Of a stretch of 64,000 nucleotides of DNA, positions 59,384 to 64,000 are shown in pieces. The DNA is from Fibrobacteria bacterium (GTDB taxonomy: Bacteria; Fibrobacterota; Chitinivibrionia; Chitinivibrionales; FEN-1185), in NCBI GenBank assembly GCA_037447435.1, contig JBBIGR010000024.1, positions 1 through 64,000 of the forward strand, given 5' to 3'. The translations under genes were made by a program, and so were the position numbers. The notes beneath the pieces are model-generated. The model saw only the letters and a list, made by a program, of their open reading frames with translations. It had not been told where the DNA came from and ran no database searches. The number at the start of each line of letters is the position of its first letter. The first letter of the stretch is position 1.

Positions 59384-60093
59384 AAAAGATAGTTTCTCAA
59401 GGTTTTTTTATTTCAGGCACAGGCACGGATGTCGGAAAAACATTTGTCTGTAGGATTTTGGCTCAATCATTTTTAAAAAAATACGCGGTTTCGTATATGA
59501 AACCGATTCAAACCGGCTGTGTAAGAACTCACAACGAACATCTTGAATCTCCTGATTTCGAGTATGTCAAACGTTGTGGGGGGTTACGTCTCGGTAGTTA
59601 TGAAATGCATGTGCCCTATCGCTTCGTGCCGGCTTGTTCCCCTCATCTTGCCGCTCAAATTACGAAAACTCCAATTTCCTTACGCAAGATTCAGGCCAAT
59701 TTTAATAAAATAAAATCCTTGTTGCAGAATGAAAAAGGGATTATTCTTGTTGAAGGTGCCGGCGGTGTTCTCGTTCCAATAAATAAATCGATTAACTCCA
59801 TGCATTTGATGGCGAGTATAAATTTGCCGGTAATATTGGTCACAACTCCAGCTCTTGGAACATTAAACCATACTTTTTTATCGGTGTGCGCCTTGCAAAG
59901 TTGCGGATTGCGAATTGCGGGAGTTGTATTTAATAGTATTAACAAGAAATATGAAAAATTCATTTATGACGATAATAGGAAAATGATTTCGTCGGCGCTA
60001 AAGGGCGTTCCGTTTTTAGAACTGAAATTTAATTATGTAAATACTACCAACGTCATGGAATTTTGCGATGAAGTTGCCAAGCGATATATATAA
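59380..60093 (+). CDS. bioD: Dethiobiotin synthase
   Basis: GTGTDVGKT, KPIQTG, SPHLAA, VEGAGG, LGTLNHT. Confidence 0.97.
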   Translation: MKKIVSQGFFISGTGTDVGKTFVCRILAQSFLKKYAVSYMKPIQTGCVRTHNEHLESPDFEYVKRCGGLRLGSYEMHVPYRFVPACSPHLAAQITKTPISLRKIQANFNKIKSLLQNEKGIILVEGAGGVLVPINKSINSMHLMASINLPVILVTTPALGTLNHTFLSVCALQSCGLRIAGVVFNSINKKYEKFIYDDNRKMISSALKGVPFLELKFNYVNTTNVMEFCDEVAKRYI

Positions 60094-61402
60094 AAATGTC
60101 TGGTTCCCTTTTACCTGTTCGGAAGATATTATATCGTATCCTCCTCGAGTCATCGAAAAGGGTGAGGGCATGTATGTTTTTGATTCCGATAACAAGAAAT
60201 ACTTGGATGCAATTGGGTCGTGGTGGGTATCGATTTTAGGACATCGTCACCCACGGATCAATGCAGCTTTAAAAAAGCAGTTGGATAACCTTGAGCATGT
60301 TATGATGGCCGGTTTCATATCTCCGGCTGCGTTAACTTTGTCGCAGGAGCTCGTTTCAATATTGCCGAATGGTCTTGACAGAATATTTTTTTCCGATGAT
60401 GGATCGACAGCTGTTGAAACAGCATTGAAAATGGCCCTTCAATATTGGAAGAATAAAGGTGAAAAAAAATCGAGATTCATTGCATTTAAAGGCGGATACC
60501 ATGGGGATACCCTTGGTGCAATGTCTGTAGGTAATATCCCTGCGTACCATGGATTGTTTCATGACTCATTCAAATCCAATTTATCGGCAGATTCTCCGTA
60601 TTGCTATCGTTGTCCAAAGGGAATGTCATCTAAAACATGTAATGCCGAATGTATGGAGTCTTTGGAGAAAATATTAGAAGATCAGGGAGAAAACGTCGCT
60701 GCTTGTATTTTTGAACCCATTGTTCAAGGTGCCGGCGGCATGCGTATTTATCCTTCCAAAGTACTTTCCAGGTTATTTTCAGCATGTTCAAAATATGGCG
60801 TTCTTACTATAGCGGATGAAGTTGCGGTTGGATTCGGAAGGACTGGTAAAATGTTCGCTTGCGAGCATGCATCCCTGACACCGGATATTTTATGTATGGC
60901 GAAAGGGTTAACAAGCGGGTATGTTCCTATGGCAGCAACTGCGGCAAAAGAAAAAGTGTATACTCAATTTTGCGGCGATTTTATGGATGGAAAAGAGTTG
61001 TCTCATGGTCATTCATTCACTGGAAATCCTCTTGCTGCTGCTATAGCGTGCGAAACAATTGCAGTACTCAAGGAACAAAATATTCCCCGATCGCTCGAAT
61101 CTAAAACAACCTTTTTCACTAATTATTTGAAAATGTTCGATTCGTTGGATTGTGTGGGCGATATTCGTTCAGTTGGAATGATAGGTGCAATAGAACTCGT
61201 AGAGGACAGGAAGACCAAAAAACCATTTGATCCCAAGCTGAGAATTCCTTTCCGGATTGCACAAAAAGCACTGGACAAAGGAGTAATTATCCGCCCCTTG
61301 GGAAATGTCCTGTATTTTGTACCTGCATATATAATATCCGATGAACAGATTAGTTTTATGGTGGATGTAACGAAGGAAAGTATAGTGGAGACCTTGGTAT
61401 GA
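60068..61402 (+). CDS. bioA: DAPA aminotransferase
   Basis: WFPFT, SWW, YHGDT, DEVAVGFGRTG, HGHSFTGNP. Confidence 0.96.
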   Translation: MKLPSDIYKNVWFPFTCSEDIISYPPRVIEKGEGMYVFDSDNKKYLDAIGSWWVSILGHRHPRINAALKKQLDNLEHVMMAGFISPAALTLSQELVSILPNGLDRIFFSDDGSTAVETALKMALQYWKNKGEKKSRFIAFKGGYHGDTLGAMSVGNIPAYHGLFHDSFKSNLSADSPYCYRCPKGMSSKTCNAECMESLEKILEDQGENVAACIFEPIVQGAGGMRIYPSKVLSRLFSACSKYGVLTIADEVAVGFGRTGKMFACEHASLTPDILCMAKGLTSGYVPMAATAAKEKVYTQFCGDFMDGKELSHGHSFTGNPLAAAIACETIAVLKEQNIPRSLESKTTFFTNYLKMFDSLDCVGDIRSVGMIGAIELVEDRKTKKPFDPKLRIPFRIAQKALDKGVIIRPLGNVLYFVPAYIISDEQISFMVDVTKESIVETLV

Positions 61403-62547
61403 ATACGTCCCCTATATACGACCGAATAGAAAAAGACCTTGAGAATAGGGTTAATAATCAACAATTCAGAACATGTGCCATTCCTTTGACAAGTAAATAT
61501 ATAGACTTATCTACCAACAGTTATCTCAATATACAATCGATTCGATCTGTTTCTGAGGAAACGGCATGTTTGGCCGATAATTGCTATTCGGGAAACCTTG
61601 CATCAAGGCTGATTGATACGCGGTCCGGTTTATATCCGATTTTGGAAACAGAACTGGCGGAATGGAAAAAAACCGAATCAGCTTTATTGTTTAATAGCGG
61701 CTATAGCGCTAATGTCGGGATTATTCAGGCTATTTGCAATAGGCATACCGTCGTGTTTTCCGATCGATTGAACCATGCTTCAATTATCGATGGAATATTG
61801 CTTAGCGGCGCGGTACTTGTTCGGTATAATCATTGCGATATGGATGATTTGAAGAATAAAATAGTGGCATGCGATAAAAGGGAAAAAATGATTGTGTCTG
61901 ATTCGGTTTTTAGTATGGACGGGAATGTGGCACCTTGTGCCGAGATTTGCTCCATTGCTAAACAGTATAAATGCATGGTACTGTTTGATGAAGCGCATGC
62001 AACCGGAATTTTCGGAAAAACATTATGCGGATTAGTTGAACAGTGTGGTGTTTCCTCGGAAGTGGATATTATAATGGGGACACTTTCAAAAGCGATTGCC
62101 GGAATGGGGGGCTTTTTTGCCGGGTCGACCATTTTAAGAGATTACTTTGTCAATAAAGCCAGAAGTCTCATTTATTCCACTGCTTTGCCACAATCCGTTT
62201 TAGCCCATAATATCGCCGCAATCAGGTTTATAAGGGCTCATCCGCAGAGCGGTCCACAACTCCTTGATAGAGCAGAGAATTTTCGAAAAAAATTAAAAAA
62301 AGCAGGGTTCAATACTTTGCGTTCTTCATCGCATATCATTCCTATTATAACAAAAAGTGAAGCTGAAGCAATTGCTCTTTCGCAATATCTTCGGGAAAAA
62401 GGCATCAAGGCTCCGGCCATACGGCCGCCTACGGTTCCAATCGGATTATCCCGGATCAGAATGTCGATACATGCCGGATGCTCGGACAGTGATTTGCATA
62501 CGGTACTCTCTTGTCTAGTCGATTGGAAAAAAGAACATGGACAATAA
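61399..62547 (+). CDS. bioF: 8-amino-7-oxononanoate synthase
   Basis: SGYSAN, DRLNHASI, SVFSMDG, DEAHA, GTLSKA, IRPPTVP. Confidence 0.96.
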   Translation: MNTSPIYDRIEKDLENRVNNQQFRTCAIPLTSKYIDLSTNSYLNIQSIRSVSEETACLADNCYSGNLASRLIDTRSGLYPILETELAEWKKTESALLFNSGYSANVGIIQAICNRHTVVFSDRLNHASIIDGILLSGAVLVRYNHCDMDDLKNKIVACDKREKMIVSDSVFSMDGNVAPCAEICSIAKQYKCMVLFDEAHATGIFGKTLCGLVEQCGVSSEVDIIMGTLSKAIAGMGGFFAGSTILRDYFVNKARSLIYSTALPQSVLAHNIAAIRFIRAHPQSGPQLLDRAENFRKKLKKAGFNTLRSSSHIIPIITKSEAEAIALSQYLREKGIKAPAIRPPTVPIGLSRIRMSIHAGCSDSDLHTVLSCLVDWKKEHGQ

Positions 62548-63217
62548 ATGGTTAGTACTTGGCGGATGGGCCATAAACCCAGATATCTTAAGACCGATTT
62601 TGGGCAATAAAAGTACATATCTCGATGTCAATGAATATATTCCGGATGTTATTGATAATGATTCCATTGCTAAAAATTGGGCCGATATCATTACCGAAAA
62701 AATATTTCCGTTTTTTGCAAAAGATTTTATTGGGGTCGTTGGGTGGTCTATGGGTGCAATAATTGCTTGCGCTATTTCGCAAAGGCTAAATGCAAAAAAA
62801 ATGGTTCTCGTATCCGCGACCCCTTCGTTTTGTCGGAGGGACGGATTTAAATTTGGACAAAGGTCGCAAGCCTTAAGGTCAATGCGCGATGAGTTGCTAA
62901 AATCTCCAGACATTGTCTTGAAGAATTTTTGCAAAAGGTGTGAATTCCCTTCTGATATGTCGGTTCCATTTACAAAATATTTGCAAAATCTATCTGCGGG
63001 TCTTTTTTTTTTAGAACATTGCAATCTGCTCGATGAGCTTAAATTTATTAAAATTCCCGCATTGGTAGTGCACGGCAAAGACGATGCTATTATTCCTCTA
63101 GCGGCTGGTAAATCGGTTGCTGATTTGATTAATGGGAGATTTTCTAGTTTTTCCGGGGGGCATGCCTTTTTTCTTCATCAGCAAACGGGATTTTTGTCTG
63201 AAATATCCTCATTTTAA
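62537..63217 (+). CDS. bioH: BioH-like pimeloyl-ACP methyl ester esterase
   Basis: GGWA, GWSMG, HGKDD, GH; follows bioF. Confidence 0.75.
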   Translation: MDNKWLVLGGWAINPDILRPILGNKSTYLDVNEYIPDVIDNDSIAKNWADIITEKIFPFFAKDFIGVVGWSMGAIIACAISQRLNAKKMVLVSATPSFCRRDGFKFGQRSQALRSMRDELLKSPDIVLKNFCKRCEFPSDMSVPFTKYLQNLSAGLFFLEHCNLLDELKFIKIPALVVHGKDDAIIPLAAGKSVADLINGRFSSFSGGHAFFLHQQTGFLSEISSF

Positions 63218-63256
63218 TGCAGTAGCAATACTGGTTTATTATATATTCTTTCTCCT

Positions 63257-64000
63257 ATGGAAAAACCGACTTCTCCAATCCGTTTAAGCGTTGCCTATTC
63301 TTTTGAGCCAGGTCTCATTGAGCAGCTTTCAAATATTCCTGCTGTGAAAGAGGTTTATGGAAAATTACCTAATGATAGAATCGGCGGCGGCAGATCGTCA
63401 TATAGCATGCGGCCGTTACTGCCGGGGGCGTTAAAAAAGGCGGTTAAGCTTTCGCATGATCGTGGAATCGAATTTAATTATTTGTTAAACGCTGCTGCGC
63501 TATATGGCCTTGAGCAAACCAAATCCGGGCAGAAGATATTAAGAAAAGCCATTGATGCGGTTGTTGAATGCGGAGTGGACGCGGTTACAGTTTCATTGCC
63601 GTTGCTATTGAAAATTGTTAAGAAACAATATCCTAAACTCAGGGTTAGGGTTGGTGTTTTCGCGCAGGTGGATACAGCAGAAAAAGCTAAGCAATGGGAA
63701 AACCTTGGTGCCGACACTATTTGCTTGAGTGCGATTGCTTGTAATCGCGATTTTGACCGGTTATCTATGATTCGCAACTCAGTCAAATGCGGTCTTCAAT
63801 TAATTGTCAATGCTTCTTGCACGCCGCAATGCGCGTGGGAAAACACCCATATGCATTTATTAACTCAAAGTTCCGCTAAGGGTACTAAAAATGGAAGGTT
63901 TTTGATTGACTATTGTTTCGTTGCATGTTCATTAAGAAAATTAACTGAACCCGCAGCTTATATAAAGTCGATTTGGATACGACCGGAAGATTTGTCCTTA
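63257..64000 (+). CDS. U32 peptidase-family protein (partial, runs off window end)
   Basis: Not in the ORF track. MEKPTSP...IGGGR...FNYLLNA...GVDAVTV...NRDF...VNASCTPQC...DYCFVAC...WIRPEDL. Confidence 0.85.
   Translation, partial: MEKPTSPIRLSVAYSFEPGLIEQLSNIPAVKEVYGKLPNDRIGGGRSSYSMRPLLPGALKKAVKLSHDRGIEFNYLLNAAALYGLEQTKSGQKILRKAIDAVVECGVDAVTVSLPLLLKIVKKQYPKLRVRVGVFAQVDTAEKAKQWENLGADTICLSAIACNRDFDRLSMIRNSVKCGLQLIVNASCTPQCAWENTHMHLLTQSSAKGTKNGRFLIDYCFVACSLRKLTEPAAYIKSIWIRPEDLSL

Overview
Bacterial chromosomal window, most likely from a flagellated Fibrobacterota organism (inferred from a TIGR02147-family gene, a fibro-slime adhesin, C-terminal sorting-like tails and flgM). The highlight is the first 10.2 kb, a single minus-strand run: TIGR02147 regulator-like gene, lipoprotein, two DUF2271 proteins with a flavinylation-like VDAVSSAT motif, pentaheme cytochrome, beta-barrel porin, 10-11-heme cytochrome, 9-heme lipoprotein with an Ig domain, 7-heme NapC/NrfH-like cytochrome, and a cytochrome b-like membrane protein that runs off the window. 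Together these look like a quinone-to-surface porin-cytochrome electron conduit with flavoprotein partners. Next come an outer-membrane barrel, tRNA-Leu(TAA), flgM with a sigma-28 promoter and a GGA-hairpin-rich (CsrA-like) leader, a HEAT protein, uvrB, dtxR-feoA/feoB with an operator, and degenerate signalling genes. A nitrogen locus follows (amt-glnK-glnD divergent from gltBD, with back-to-back sigma-54 promoters), then metF, a beta-helix protein, a glycosyltransferase and a 2217-aa fibro-slime protein. The window ends with a translationally coupled kinase/TPR/FGE/giant-TPR operon, bioC-D-A-F-H and a partial U32-family gene. No CRISPR array, rRNA, integrase or transposase was seen. All family calls are from motif recognition by eye, not database searches.
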